From positions 559,961-623,960 of the forward strand of contig NMRA01000163.1 of NCBI GenBank assembly GCA_002633005.1: a stretch of 64,000 nt of DNA, read 5' to 3'. Below are positions 24,501 through 38,200 of the stretch, one piece after another. The notes under the pieces were generated by a model. The model was not told the origin of the DNA. It worked only from the letters and a program-made list of their open reading frames with translations, and did no database searches. Both the position numbers and the translations under genes were made by a program. Each line of letters begins with the position of its first letter. Positions within the stretch are counted from its first letter, which is position 1. The stretch is from Phoronis australis. Taxonomy: Eukaryota > Animalia > Phoronida.

Positions 24501-27500
24501 ACTTGAACGTCTCATATTTGAAATATTGGATTCGTTAATACATATGCCAAAAATGGGAGATCAGGAGATTATCAAGATTGCGTGCAGGCAAACTAAAATC
24601 TTTCCCTGTGCCTGGCTGACTCTTCAGTCACAAGTCATCGGAATATCGTTGGATGATGGTTAACATTGCTCAATTATTGCCTGATGATTGACACATTTTT
24701 AAGCAATTTCAAATATTAGTTTCAATATTAAGTTTTTCAGAAATATGAATTTTGCTTGTTAACTCTCTAAATTTCCCTGGTTTCCCTGCCTATACTTATA
24801 ACAAAGGTTCTGTAATGTCATGGGCTATTGCCAATACCATATTTCCTGATAGTCTGCTAACCTCAGTCCCTCGTTATTGATGAGTCATTTGGCAAGCCGG
24901 TAATTTTTGAAGCCGCCAGTCTCAATCCCCACCCCATGGTCTTCACATACATGTAATATGACCATTTCTCATCTGTCAGCATCAAAAGCTAAAATGTGAC
25001 TGATTGTATAAAAAATTGCCCAGTCATGTTAGGCATTGAAATACTTGTAGAACTGCAGATGGGATACTCAAGGGCCAACACTGAATTTAGTGAATAATTT
25101 GAAGATAATTATTGCTGTGCATTGTCGCTTCCAATTTTTTATCTGTCTGAACTAACTTTGTGTGCCAATATTTGAGAATAAAAAAGAGGACATTCAGATA
25201 TAAAGCGGGACATTTTAGTCAATGCCAAAATGCACTAGGTTGAAATGGGCCGGAAAACCCTTGGTGGCGTGTTTGTGGTGTCAAACGTGGTAAATATATG
25301 GCTATATTGGCATCATGGGAAATCACATTTGATGTATGATGATTAGTAAATTTTGCTATGTGTCAAAAAGCCAGACAATTTGATGGTGTGCAGGATGCGT
25401 GTCTAGCCTGCTGAAGGCTTCAAAAAGTGTGACAGTCTCGCCAAAAGCAACAGTTGACGTTCCTTGTTACATTGGCAGTACTGTAAAATGTCACCAATTT
25501 CGTAAATAAATAATTACCATAAATTTCTCTCATTTTTCAGAAAATTATCGATTGAGCTACAGTACAGAACTTGAAAATGGCAAAATATTATTTTCGTACT
25601 TTGTATCACATAAAAGCTCACCTCTCTGCAGTGTTGTGTCCGAAATTAGTGTGATTTCACAGCTGTAGGTCTCTGAGATATTACCTTTTGCTCAGGATTT
25701 TATGGGAGATACACACTCATTTTGCAAATGGCACTTAAATGCTTACTATTTCCCATGAAACAGTTGTTAGAACTTAAGTTCTCTCTAGTGTTTTGATTTT
25801 GCTTCCAACTTTAACTGGTACTAGTTCCAGTTGAGACATATCATGGGAGTATAATTGCTACAACTGATCCTGTCACAGAAGGCGTGCTTCAGTACTGACT
25901 TACTGATCAAATCTGACTGGTTTCAAATGTTTCAATGACACCTCATATCAAGTAATTGCCGTATTTGATTCTATTGAAATCACTTGATGTTTACAGCTTC
26001 CACAGAATGATCCCACTCAAGGCATGGCAAAGGGACTCGTGAAGGCTTGGCAGGTGTTCAAGAATGAAAGGTACAGTCATGTCTATTCTTAGTTGAACAC
26101 TAATCACCCCAAATTTGTTTTTCAACCATAAAAATGATACTTTCCCTTTAACCCTGTTCTGGTGAGCAGGAGGTTCTCAATCTTGCCCTCGACTCAGTTG
26201 TACTTGGAATGCTTATTCTACATCATTGATACATTGAGAATTAGAACGTAGTCCATTACAAACTGTCCTATCATAAAATATCTTCAACTTACCTGCTAAA
26301 ATATTGTACGGGTATTGACTAATCAGACCAATTCTCATGACTCCACAACCTTTGCTTTTATCTTTTTTACAGTGCAATTATTTTATTCATTGTTGAGGGA
26401 GAAAGTAGAAACATTTTTGATCAACGTCAAATTGAGATAGATATCATTCAGCTTGATCGTCGCATCAAAGTTTTTCGCAGAGATTTACGACAAGTGTTCA
26501 ATGATGCTGCACTAAATACCGAGAAGGAGTTAGTCATGTGAGTACGTTTATCATCGAAAACTGTTTGATGTTTCCTTTCAAGCATGTGTCGTTAACAGTT
26601 GTGAATCATCTTTTAGTCTGCCTGACTGCTCTTAATGTGATTGTCAAGATTTTCTTGAGATGAGGCATAGCTTAGTGCTGCATTAACCTTTGTTGCAAAG
26701 TTTCAAACAAATGTGATGATAAGCTGGCCTCATTTACTAGGCTAGAAACAGTCCACTGAACTGGTGTTCTTCTCATTCAGTGGAAAATTCTATCTGATTG
26801 GAGGATTGCGGTATGGTTTCTTATATCAGAACAAAAAATTTTTAAAAATAAATTTTCGGACAATAGATCATGTTATTTGTAAATTGTATCCTGTTTCTGT
26901 ATCTCCGAAGTTATTCTTTTCATGGCAGAACAGTCATTATTTTTTAAACATTTCCAACAAGACAGAGTAAAGAAGACAATTTACTTCTGATTTGAAAACA
27001 TTATGTATAAGTACTGTCAACAACAAATACTGGGTGACATTTTGAACATTTTTGGCTATGCAGTGTGCACTTAAAAGTGAAACTTGAATTGACAGCTTTG
27101 ACCATTATTTTTGTTTGAATTTGAGGAAGGTTTAGGTTCGATTTTGTGAATGACATGAATTCTCTAACTGAAAACTTGATATCTGATTCGCTAAACAATT
27201 ACAGTTGATTAAAAACAGTCAAGTGCTGCATAGGGTTTCTTTTCAACTGCATTCATTTGATTTTGTGTTTATTTTTTATTTAACTTTCAGAGATGGCAGG
27301 ACTGTGGCTGTAACATATTTTAGAGCTGGCTATACTCCTGAATTTTATCCATCTGATAAGGTTAGTTTGTATTCTTATTTATGTGTGAGACCAACTGTGT
27401 CATGTGCTGAATGGGAATCCATGTTTTTTACGTATTAAACGTAATACTGCTTGCCATTTTAGAAGGCAATTATCATGAAAATTATTCAATGCAGGACTCA

Positions 27501-30500
27501 TTGTGACAGACACGTGGAATATCGCATTCAAATGTATGGACAAACCTAATTTTTCACTGAATTTATTGGTTAAACGCTTATAATATGAAGTTGGCCAGCA
27601 AATGTCGGGCAACTTGGTAACATTTGAGCAGTTTCAACAAATGCAGAAAAAATTGTATTAGCAGTATGTTCCAACTTGCAGTACAAAGTTTAACTTTTTC
27701 GGGGGCAGTTCATGCTTTTGCTCACTGCTTCTTTCTTGTGTTTTGTTTCAAATATCTGAAATAACCGGTCATTCCAACTGGAATAGTGGCAGGGGGGAGT
27801 GTCATTCTTGTGTTGTATCAAGTATCCTAAAAATATTCACATTCTAAAGTATGACTTCCTGAACATGGTTTTACTGGGAGCTAAAAAATTGATTTTCCTA
27901 CTTCGGGAATACCATAGTTTGTGCTGCAGTGTGTAGAAATTAGGTAAAAGTGCGCAACAGTTGACTAAGACTGAGAAGAAAATTGGTGTTTTGGTCCCAA
28001 ATGATCCTGCAGTACAGCTCCAGCAGATATCAAGGCTTTTTGGGCAAAGCTAATACACCAAGGTGGAACACAATTAAAATTAATGTTTCTATATTTTCTG
28101 CTGCTGATTGTGTCCGATTTGAACATATGGGACTGTAGTTGAATGAAAAATTCTCATTTTCTTACCAGCGTGCGAAGGCTTTAGTGTGCTGTGAAGTGTC
28201 ATTTCTCGTTGATTTGCAATAATTGTGTTAACAATCATGGGACTTTTCCTTACTTTTGTGCCTTCCAACGGGAATTTTAGAATTCATAAGATACAAAACA
28301 CCATTAGTTTGAATAGCTGCAAGCAGTCACAGACAGGCACGCAGATCACATTCGGGGTGATGAAGTGGGTCCTCAACCTTTCATAATTAATGGAAAAGCC
28401 TGGCCAACTCCACGTAGCTCTCCAAAGTTTTTAGTTAATTCTAATTTCTCATTTTTGCTCAAAGACCTTCTCTTCATGGGTTTTGCAGGCATATTTTTAA
28501 ATAATGTTAAATCTTTGACATTGCCAGATAAGAAATGATTAAGAAATTAAAGTGTTTATATTATTAACTTGAAGTGTGAATATTGCCATTAATGATAGCA
28601 ACACCTACCAATCACTATCATGATGACATCACAGTTGAACGTTCACACCACATTGAAGCGATGATGCTCCATTGCTAATTCAACCTGATCTCTGCAAAGT
28701 TACCTTGTGCTATTCACTTCGATCCAATGCCAAAGTGAAAGGTTCATATCAACCAACACTCTGTAGAACGTGTTGACGTTGGTATGAAAGGCCCTAAAAC
28801 CAAATTATTCAGTGAAGGGCAGCCAGTAAGGGTATGCTTAGGCTTTTTCCATGTCTGGGTAATTATAAAGGTAATGGGTCAATGGTTTGGAGACAAAGCC
28901 ATTCAATTTATCAGTCTTAAGCCGGTTTCCCATTGCTTAAACCAAAATGAAGGACCTGCTGAAAATATCTCACGATAATTAAGATAAGCAAACACAGTAA
29001 CTTGCCAGTCAATGTTCCCATTGGACCGGACTAACGGCCGTCGCGGTAAGTATTTAGGGATAAATGGATACATGGGGTGCATGTGTCAGACCATGTGGAA
29101 TGAGAACAGGATAAAAGTGGTGTGAAATTGGCCAAACGAGACGCCTGAATCTGTATAGTTGCATTATCCGTGGTGTTTAGGGGTTCCACTTGGTTTTATT
29201 TAAATGTAAGTTGACTTCCTCGGATATAAATTGAGCCAACGACGTATGACCTACATGTATGTGGCGTTGTACACTTTATTAAGGGACTGGTGTGTTTCTG
29301 ATTTTTCTATGTAATTCTAATGTGATCTGAAGACTGAAAGCTATCAATTTTTTATGCGCCCACATATTTATATGTGGACGCATTGTGCCGTCCTATCAGT
29401 TCGTCCGTCCGGCGTCTGTCCGGCGTCCGGCATCTGCTGCTCTATCTCCAAAACCGATTGATGTAATGTTCATGAAATTTTGCACGTGTTCCTTTCATGG
29501 ATGGTACGGCATGAGTAAACTTTCGGACGGATCCGACTCACGGTGTGCCCCCTAGTGGCAATAATTATTTTTACGTTTACGTGTACCTTCAAAGGTCCTC
29601 AACATATTTTCACAAAATTTGGTATATAGGCATCTGTTAGTGAGACGACAGTATCCTTTCGTTTTCGGATGGATTTGACGTAGTTTGCGCCACCTAGTGG
29701 CCATTTTTCCTTTTTTTGCGTCTGTTTTTAGCGTCCACCCCTCTATCAACCAAACCGCTTGAAGCATAATTGTGAAAATTGGCATGTATGTTAATGACGA
29801 GAACGGGTGACGATGATTTTCCGACGACTTTGACTACTGTGGCGCCTCCTAGTGGCAGTTTTTTTGCGTCTATCACTATATCTCCTAAACCGTTAGCAGG
29901 ATCTTTACTTTATTTAGTAAGTGCATTTACATAATGATGACAACGAACAACAACTTTCTGACAGATTTGACTACTGTTATGCCACCTAGTGTCAATTATA
30001 TTTTTTTACGTTTTCCTCTGTATCTTCAAAGGTCCTCACTGTATTTTCATAAAATTAGGTGTATAGGCTTCTGTTAGTGAGGTGACGCTATCTTTCTGTT
30101 TTCAGATGGATTCGAGCTAGGTTGCGCCACCTGGTGGCCATTTTTACTATTTTTTACTCTGTTTCTTGGCGTCCAGCCCTCTATCAACCAAACCACTTTC
30201 AGGACAATTGTGAAAATTGTCATGTATGTTTTTACTATGAAGTGGACATGTGACAATGATTTTCTGATGACTTTGACTATTGTGGCGCCTCTTAGTGGCA
30301 GTTTCATTTTTTTCGCCCATGCGTGATCTTGACAAAGGACCACGCCGATCCCAACGGAACGTTGATTTTAAATATGTTTCATGTACCTGTTTTCATTACT
30401 TTATTTTTAATACTACTGTCTACTTGCAATGTTTTCTTTCTTTCTGGTTAGGGTTGCTATCTTTTTTTTTTAAATGAAGTATCAAAACAACTTAGAAGTC

Positions 30501-33500
30501 AGTTAATTGTGAACCCGTCCCTGACTTTTCCAGTTACAGCTACACCAAACATGTCACAGGAAACAAAGCTACACTTTTTATTAGTTCAAGTTCAATCTTT
30601 ATTAGAACTCAAATCATAAAATATATACAAAAGCGCAAATATGATCCTGGTACGGGAATTGGGGATAGTTAGGCCTATAAAAGATCTTTAACCCAGCCGC
30701 AGAGCGTCTAAAGCCGCGCACCGTACCAGTGACTGCTGGCAACTCATCGGAGACTCAACTTAAACATCCTTCGCCGCAGAGATAACAACTCTTGAGCTGT
30801 CTCCTGTGAGTCCATTCTTTGTTGAATGATGTTTAGGTAAAAAATAGCCAATATGAGGATTTGAAACCTCTGGACGAATTTTGGTTGCAGTAACTGCATA
30901 ACTATTCTAGCTTTTCCTCAGTCATAAAAAATGAAATCACAGATCTTGCCCACCAACCAACCTCATCCACTGCTTGCACTCTCCCGTTGACTATAAAGCT
31001 ATCCATCTTGTCACGTGGTGAATATCTTGCTGGTAGGCGGTTGAAACAACACAATTTGATTTGGATGTAATAATGAGTATATTGACTAAATGTTTGAATT
31101 TCCCTAAATAAATAATCATAAAGATTAACAAAGAAGGCTAATTTAATCAGTCTGTGATCATGTTTCCCGTTCCTGGCGTCTACCTTGGATCCAGTGTTAC
31201 ACTTGTCCGGTTAGTGTAGGACTCCTCAAGTAAAGTAGTTCGGCATGCCCTGGACCATAAGCGATGTTTTAAAAGTTATTGGCATCTAATTTAGCCACTG
31301 TGTGTTGTTTATAGATGTTTCAGTGTAGCTTAGTTGTATATTAAAAGAATAATCCACGTGATATTATTAACTATGATCAGCATTTGTAAATCCACCGAGT
31401 ATATCAATCACACAGTCGTTAATTGTACCCAATGTTCGTAGTTTTTAGCTTAATAGTTGATCGGTTTTTAAAAATTGAAATCCAAACTTGGTTGTTTTTT
31501 CCATCTGAACACCGCTGTGGTATTTGTTTTTTTATGAAAACTGTTGGTTAATGCGTTTTGAAAAATCGCCAGTAGGCCTATGTACAGGCAGAGATGTTTA
31601 CTACTGTTTATGGCCAGGTAGTTACACTAAATTGGATCTTGCTCGCACTGGACAATGCGGTCCGACTCTGGTGCCACGCTCTCTTTGTTCCTGGTAAAAG
31701 CTGCTCAGGAGGATGAGCGATGAAAAGTCACGCATATCTTTAGAAATGCATGACTTTCATGTAAGCGTAATATTCATGGCATGCCCCCCCCCCCCTCCAA
31801 GCCCAAAATGTAGGTTTTGGGGGACATGTTTGGACCATTCAATTATTGTAACCTTGTTGAATACAACAAGTAACCATGAGTGAAGGAAAGTAGAAATCGC
31901 TTCCGCATTATATGCAGGTTCTCATTCACTCCCTTTCATGCACCCACTACTAAGACCGAACTTAGAGGAGCAAGGGACACCTAATTTGTGCCATGCTCAA
32001 TTGTCTGCCAGTAATGCCAGGATTCGAACCTGTGTCTCCCAAATGGGAGCCCGGAGCTCAAACCACTGAGCCACACTGTCTTCTGTTGTAATATCTTAAC
32101 AACTGATTTGTGATCCACCGTCTCTGGGCAGGTGGTCGCCCCTTACCATCATCCAACAATGTTGCCACCTGTTGCACTAGGCTTGTGAACTGTACTGTTA
32201 CAGTAGTAGCCCATTGCCAATTTCAGTCAAGGAGTGGTAAGTTTGGTTTAGTTGCTAAGACTGAATATAGTATGTCGGGTGGTAGTGTTTGTTTACTTGG
32301 TGGTTGCTTTTCTAATCCAGCTTTTCCTGGCATGATGTTAGATTAAACTAATGGTCGATTTTACTGTTTGTAACAGGAGTGGGCAGCAAGACTCCTGATT
32401 GAAAGGTCCAGCTGTATCAAGTGTCCATCAATCAATGTGCACCTGGCAGGAGCTAAGAAAGTGCAGCAGGAACTATGTAAAAGCGGTGTTGTTGAGCGCT
32501 ATTTGAAGGACGCTGATGCAGCAGCTAGGATCAGAGCCACGTTCATGGGACAGTATTCACTTGAAACTGTACGTATATGTGTAGGCTTACCTATGCAGCA
32601 ACACTGGGACCATTCCTGTGACCCACTTTCTTGACCCGCAAAAACAGTTCAGTGGTGGGGCAAAAATGCCATTATAACCATGATTATAACATGGACACAG
32701 GGCCACGTTCATTGGACAGCTTTCACTTGAAGATGTTAATGAATTCAGTTTACTATGCATCCCCACATACCTGCTGGAGTGCATTTCATTGACCTAAGAA
32801 TAATTTTTGTTTTTTTTTCCTGTGGCTCCATAAGTTACACTTGTAAGGTCTCGAGCAGACTCATGAAACACTCGCCTTTCACTCGCATGATTTTGTTATA
32901 TGACACACATTTGTGAGTTTATTCTTGTGCCTGTAACTGATAACGCATGAATTTTTTGAAGGGAGTCTCTGGTGACCAAAGTGTTTCTATGGCATTATCG
33001 ACACCCGGAAACTTTGTGCTGAAACCACAACGAGAAGGGGGTGGATTTAACCTCTATGGTGAAGACATGGTGCCCCTACTGAAGAAAATTCAAAATTCCA
33101 AAGAAAGGAGTGCTTACATATTAATGGAGTTAATTAAACCAAAGATATTCAGGAATGTCCTCATCAAGTCTGGATCACCAGTCACTGCCGGCGATGTGGT
33201 TGGCGAACTCGGCATATATGGTGTTCTTTTAGCGTAAGTTTGTTACAGTCCTGTAACCACATTTCATTATATTACTTATTACTCACCTTTCGCTGGCAAA
33301 AGAGCTTACATTTATTGTCAGGAGAAACATTAACAATTGACGTAATGTTTTGGGGATGCCCAAAACTAGTGGAATTTTACACCTGAGTGTCCATTTTTAT
33401 ACAGCCCACATAAATATAGCAGTAGTGAGACGAAACTGTCATCTTTTTGCATAACCTTGCCCAAGGTCTATTCCCCTGGACGTGTAAATCCCAGCTGCGT

Positions 33501-34181
33501 GAGGTCTTACACCTTTAATGCAGATGCCCACTGCGCAGTGAATGATTAGTGTCGGGACATCAATGGATTCGGAATCAGGACAAAAAGTCACTTTTAGTTA
33601 CTTGCAAAAGGTGGTCAACTTACTATATTCGATGCGTGTTACTCAAATGGCGTAATGCAAAAATTTGAGCTTTCCCTCTGACATTTGCTATTTATAGCTG
33701 GGACAGTCTTGATATCTCACAAACATTCTGTTTGAAATTTAAGCTGCCATATGTTTTGGAATTGACAGGGGTACCTAGTCCCCATAGTGGCTTAGGATTA
33801 TGTAAATCATGGGACGGTATCATTCACGCAATAGGTCTTTTGAAATTGATATACAAGGTCAGTGAAAACAGTTGTTTATGGGCCCTGCTCTTAGTCACGC
33901 AACTGTCCCAGATGGACCCTGTAACTAAACACAGAAAAGGTAATTCTTTTATTACCCCCTGTGGATTCATGAATAGCTGAGCCCAGTATGATTCCTAGAC
34001 TAGCAAATCCAAATCCTGTGTGGTGGTCCACTCATTTGAAGTTGTCTTTTTCAGTTGCGGTGATGAAGTTATAGAAAACCAGTTTGTTGGGCACTTGTTG
34101 AGAACAAAGTTATCTGGTGTAAAAGAAGGTGGTATTGCAGTCGGTGCGGCTTGCATTGATTCTCCTTTGCTGGAAGACTAG
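18489..34181 (+). CDS. GSS: Glutathione synthetase (eukaryotic ATP-grasp type), paralog 1, 481 aa, 11 coding exons
   Basis: Exons of 88,187,76,140,55,74,165,70,192,272,127 nt give a 1446-nt open frame with GT-AG junctions. Motifs FRSDYM, KQVEFNTI, RNIFDQR, YFRAGY, IKCPS..HLAGAKKVQQ, LKPQREGGG, MELI, GELGIYG, GHLLRTK, EGGIAVG. AATAAA at 34245. Confidence 0.95.
19609..19795 (+). CDS. GSS: GSS paralog 1 exon 2
   Basis: ITMR...LTMFPSPFKRRLYEEAVALQHDFNLL; GT-AG. Confidence 0.9.
20805..20880 (+). CDS. GSS: GSS paralog 1 exon 3
   Basis: IIKVDAFTKGLWDIYERVQEEGVTQ; GT-AG. Confidence 0.9.
21035..21174 (+). CDS. GSS: GSS paralog 1 exon 4
   Basis: LGVFRSDYM...KQVEFNTIASS; GT-AG. Confidence 0.92.
21355..21508. 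mobile_element. Small TIR element with tRNA B-box-like core
   Basis: About 35-bp inverted termini (CAAACATTTCTAAGTCTGGTCA..GCCACCTGTG and its reverse complement). Core is homologous to 38239-38320. Confidence 0.65.
23412..23466 (+). CDS. GSS: GSS paralog 1 exon 5
   Basis: FLMSSYLGVFGGDNLNNW; same length as the paralog 2 exon. Confidence 0.88.
24231..24470. repeat. Minisatellite, about 48-bp unit, about 5 degenerate copies
   Basis: Unit resembles ACTGCTTCATGGTACAcACCATTATGATGTGAGACTGCACTAATTTTT. Confidence 0.8.
25997..26070 (+). CDS. GSS: GSS paralog 1 exon 6
   Basis: LPQNDPTQGMAKGLVKAWQVF; GT-AG. Confidence 0.9.
26373..26537 (+). CDS. GSS: GSS paralog 1 exon 7
   Basis: ILFIVEGESRNIFDQRQIE; GT-AG. 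Confidence 0.92.
27291..27360 (+). CDS. GSS: GSS paralog 1 exon 8
   Basis: VAVTYFRAGYTPEFYP; GT-AG. Confidence 0.92.
29348..30325 (+). mobile_element. Helentron-associated (HINE/DINE-like) non-autonomous element with internal repeats
   Basis: T-run start, subterminal hairpin GCGCCCACATA..TATGTGGACGC, (GTCC/GTCT) microsatellite, repeated GCGCCACCTAGTGGC units and an internal duplication of about 430 bp. Confidence 0.7.
31850..32078 (-). mobile_element. tRNA-derived SINE
   Basis: A box TGGCTCAGTGG and B box GGTTCGAATCC on the - strand (32016-32076), followed by a non-tRNA body. Confidence 0.7.
32377..32568 (+). CDS. GSS: GSS paralog 1 exon 9
   Basis: EWAARLLIERSSCIKCPSINVHLAGAKKVQQEL; GT-AG. 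Confidence 0.92.
32962..33233 (+). CDS. GSS: GSS paralog 1 exon 10
   Basis: FVLKPQREGGGFNLYG...YILMELI...GELGIYG; AAG acceptor, gtaagt donor. Confidence 0.92.
34055..34181 (+). CDS. GSS: GSS paralog 1 terminal exon
   Basis: GHLLRTKLSGVKEGGIAVGAACIDSPLLED*. Confidence 0.92.
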
Positions 34182-34374
34182 TCACATATTGGTTGTGCCG
34201 GTTTGTATGCATTGGCATCTAGTTGGACATTTCTGAACATTGTAAATAAAGTTACTGGTTTGACTAAATTTACTACAATTACCATAGAAGTGCCCAAGAA
34301 AAAGGAGAAGTCAGTGATCATGGTGCAGTCATGTTTATTCTAAGGTGAAGGTGATGGGGACATAGTAATCGATG

Positions 34375-36870
34375 GACATCATTTTGTCCAACAGTGCAAC
34401 TCCTAAATGATTTCCACAAAACTTAAGAAAGTATGCTTATGTAGGGTCATAGTGCATATCATCTGCATTTTATGATTCGACACTATTTTCCTGAGTTTTG
34501 CCCATTTTTGATTTTCACACATCCATGTTCTAGGGAGATGCTCTTCTGTTCTTTTACATTCCATGGGTGATATTTATCAAACCTTTTAACAAGAGCGCTC
34601 GGAGGAGCGACACTGGGCGGAATTAATCGAAAAGACGACGATGGGGAGGACGACGACAATCATGACGATCAAGGCGGCAATTATGAATAACACGATAACA
34701 TTCATGTGACTAGCGAAAAAATCAAATAGAGAGCATACAATCAACTACAATAAAGAACAATAGATGGCGCAACATGACGGACGAGCCACGCTTTGTTCCC
34801 ACATTCCAAAATAGGTGGCACTATGTGACAGTGTGCAGAGCAAAGTTATGTTTACAATAAGTATTTGGCCTGGAATTCCAGTCTACAGTAGGACAGTGCT
34901 GGCTGGGTCAGTCGGGGTCAAATGGGCATAACCAAAACAAAGTGAACTGAAAGCCAGCCAGCTGCGTGCTTGCATAGGTGACCGAAGGAACAATGGTATC
35001 CGAAAATCTCAAATAAGTCGTAGTGCAAAATGGAAAGTATCTTCTGGAAGCCCGTTCAAAACTCTATCTAAAGTGATAATTTGGCAAAAATCAAAAAAAA
35101 ATTCGAAAAAATTGAAAATTTGCCGTTTTTTTTGAAATTCAAAGTCCAATAACTCAAAAACGGTAAGTCTGAGAAATACGCTCTCGCAGACTTTTTGAAA
35201 GGCCATGCTTCAACGAATCCACATGCAAAAATTCACGTCATTTGCTCTTCCCGTTAAAAATGCGACACCAGAACGATTGAAACCGTGTGAACATGCGCCA
35301 CAGCCGCCATCTTGAAAGTGACTTCCAGTTCAATAAACTTTTATAAAACCTTATTTAACTCAACAAACACGTGACCAGTTTGAAAGTGATTTTTTCGCAA
35401 ATGCGCCCTCTATAGGAGAAAACATTTTTGGCCATATTTCGGCGTGCGCATGCGCCACTTCCAATATTTCCGCCATATTTGACCGGAAGTCAACGATTTT
35501 CGGTACAGTTGTACCACATGTGCTCTATAATAATCGTACCACATTTCAGCCCTGTACGTTGAAAAATGCGGCCTCTACGAACACTTGACTGTGAAATCGG
35601 ATACAAAATGGCCGCCACATCCGCCATTTTGAATTCGATCATGACCAAAAACAATAGGCTTCCAGGACATTCTGATCTACACGTTGTGTGCAAAATTTCG
35701 TGAGAATCGGACGAAAATTGCGACCTGTAGAGTGCGAACAAAAAAAAAACTTGACGACAGCAACATACTTGTCGGAATTTGAAGAATTCCGCCAAGTAAA
35801 AAGAATGCTTACGAAGGACCATAGTGTATACAGTGAACCTTTTGCAAATCAACCATATTTTCCTGGATTTTGTCCTATTCTTGTTGTTCACATCTCTTTG
35901 TAGGGAGGTCCCCTACAACTTAAGTAGGATTTTAACCAAAATTTCAAGAAAGAGTACTTGCAAAGTGACCTGCATATAGTTGAAATTTCACGATTTGAAT
36001 AGATTTTCTTAAAATTTACCCATTTTTGATTTTCTCGCATTCATGAATGGCTGAATATTCATCTGTGTGCCACTACCCCTACTGTTCATTTCTCATGAGA
36101 CTTTGAAAAAATGTTAAAAGAATTATGCTTACAAAGTGCCGTAATGTATATTGTCTACATTGTGTAATTTGACCATCATTCCATTATTTTGCCCACACCG
36201 GATTTTCATGCGTCCAGGTAGGGAAATGTTCTTCTGTTCATAACTCCTACGTTTCAGTGGAGGATTTCGACCAAACCTTAAAAGAATACACTATGAATTA
36301 CCATCACGTATCGCCAGCTTTTTGTTACGTATTTGGCCATTTTCTGGAAAAGCTTTTCAGTGCCCAACTCCTACATTTTTTAGAGTTCAGAAAAGTATGC
36401 TTGGGAGCTGCCATTGCACGTATCATTAGCATTTTGTTATTTGACTTTTGATTATCTGGAATGTGAGCCTGTGCTTAGGTTTGCACACTCCCATATAGGA
36501 ATCCTCCTGTGAGCACAACTCTTTCTGCATTTTATTGTAGATTTTATCCAAACTTTCAAAAATTATACTTACACAGAGCATTATTTATTATTCGATATTT
36601 TGTGAGTAGACCATATTTTCACGAATTTTGACGACTTGCGTAACATGTCGGCGTAGAAGGAATGGCTGTCCTGTGTGTAACTCCTTCTTCATTTCAAATG
36701 GGATTTTGACCAATCTTTTAAATAAAAAATATGCTTGTGAAATGTTGTATCACAAGTTTTCAGCATTTTCTGATTTGACCATATTTTCCTGAATTTTGTT
36801 CTGTTCTTGATTTTCATGCATACTTGTGTGGAAACGCTCTACATTTCTTAGGAGAGTTTACCAAAGTTTT
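34375..36870 (+). repeat. Old degenerate tandem array (units of about 125-140 bp) interrupted by a younger insertion
   Basis: Recurring CAACTCCT..AAAGTATGCTTAC..TTTGACCATATTTTCCTGAATTTTG.CCATTTTTGATTTTC on both sides of 34588-35801. Confidence 0.65.
34588..35801 (-). mobile_element. Helentron/HINE-like element nested in the tandem array
   Basis: - strand starts TTTTACTTGGCGGAATT..AATTCCGACAAGTA (hairpin) and ends CGCTCCTCCGAGCGCTCTTGTT (hairpin + CTTGTT). CpG-rich compared with its flanks. Removing it restores a host repeat unit. Confidence 0.7.
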
Positions 36871-38200
36871 TAAACAAAAATCACCACAGTGGCACCCCAT
36901 TGGGTCCATGCAAATGCACCAATAAGCTTACCTCTGAAACCACAAGTACACCAGTCCAGTACCTTCAAAGAAACAATCCCACAGCAGCTGATGTCTCTAT
37001 TCTTGTGTAATCCCAAAAGTAACTCTTCCCAATTATTTACAGTTAACAGTTTGTAAACTTTTCTGTTCTATTGCACGGAAAGCAATCCACCACCAGTATT
37101 CCACATGAAGAAGTCTGTCCAAAACACAGCATAGACTAATTACCTTTGGTCAAACACCAGCTGTTGGAAGTTGAAGTGTGTAAATTTGTATCACTTTTGA
37201 TTTCTGGATGTGAAGTGTGCTTGGATTTACTCAATTCCAGTTTTAGTAAGTAGAATCAATCATTAGACAAAGTTGTAGTCATAGCTAAGATGTTAGTTGG
37301 GTTAAAATGTGACTGGTGTCTGGTTTTCATTCTAGATTACATTTTGGTGGAAGGCAGTTCATGCTGGATGTGGACGTTGTGGAAATTCTGGATCCCTTGA
37401 TCATCCAACCAAGGAACAAGTTTCTTAGTGTAACACAATATCCTATTGAATTCAGTGGTCCACATGACCTTTGAGGCCATGTCTCTAATTCCTAAAGATA
37501 CCTCAGTTGCGTCAATTGGTGTTTCATTCAGTAGAGGTTATTGAAACTTTCATTTCGTTGCACATATTTAATTGGGGTTTCCCTCACACGTTCACCTTTG
37601 GTGTGGTTCTTGTATACCTAGGCCTCAAAATCCCGCTCGCCAGGTGGGCGACTGAGCCAGAAAATCAAGTCACCCAGCCTAAAATTAAGTTGCCCGTTTT
37701 TGCGTTGGTCGCAACAGACAGTCTGGCCGTCTGAAAATTCAAGAATCACCAGAAAGACGGCATAATTAATCATGTGCGAAAGTCAGAATTAATTTGGTGT
37801 CATACAAGGTACACATGTTTCAGTACAACTTTTGTACTCTGTAACATGTCAGTGGTCAGTTCTTTGTTTGCACTTTCCTTTTTAACTTTTGGTCTTTTTT
37901 GTTTTTCATGTGTTTCAGGGTAACATTACATTCAAAGCATTGTCTGCCAATCAATTTGGACAAACATGGTTCCTGTTTGACTTTAATTTGTGGCAGAATG
38001 TGTTACTGTGCATTTTCCCATATGCCACATAATTGTTGACATCTTAGGTTGTAGAATGTGGTCAAGTAGGGACAAGTGATAGAGCTACATGTACATGTGT
38101 GATTGCAAATCTGAATGAATGTGGGACACCATAAATCGTCTCATACAATTTTAATTAGTTGTTCTCTTCTTTTTGCTGAATTGAACCAAAACCCAGTATT

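Noticed and set aside
32016-32076. Possible tRNA gene
   Set aside because: A and B boxes are present, but the acceptor and anticodon stems do not pair cleanly and a SINE-like body follows
36900-37600. Coding-like composition on the - strand downstream of paralog 1
   Set aside because: Multiple stops and no recognisable motif; cannot support a call
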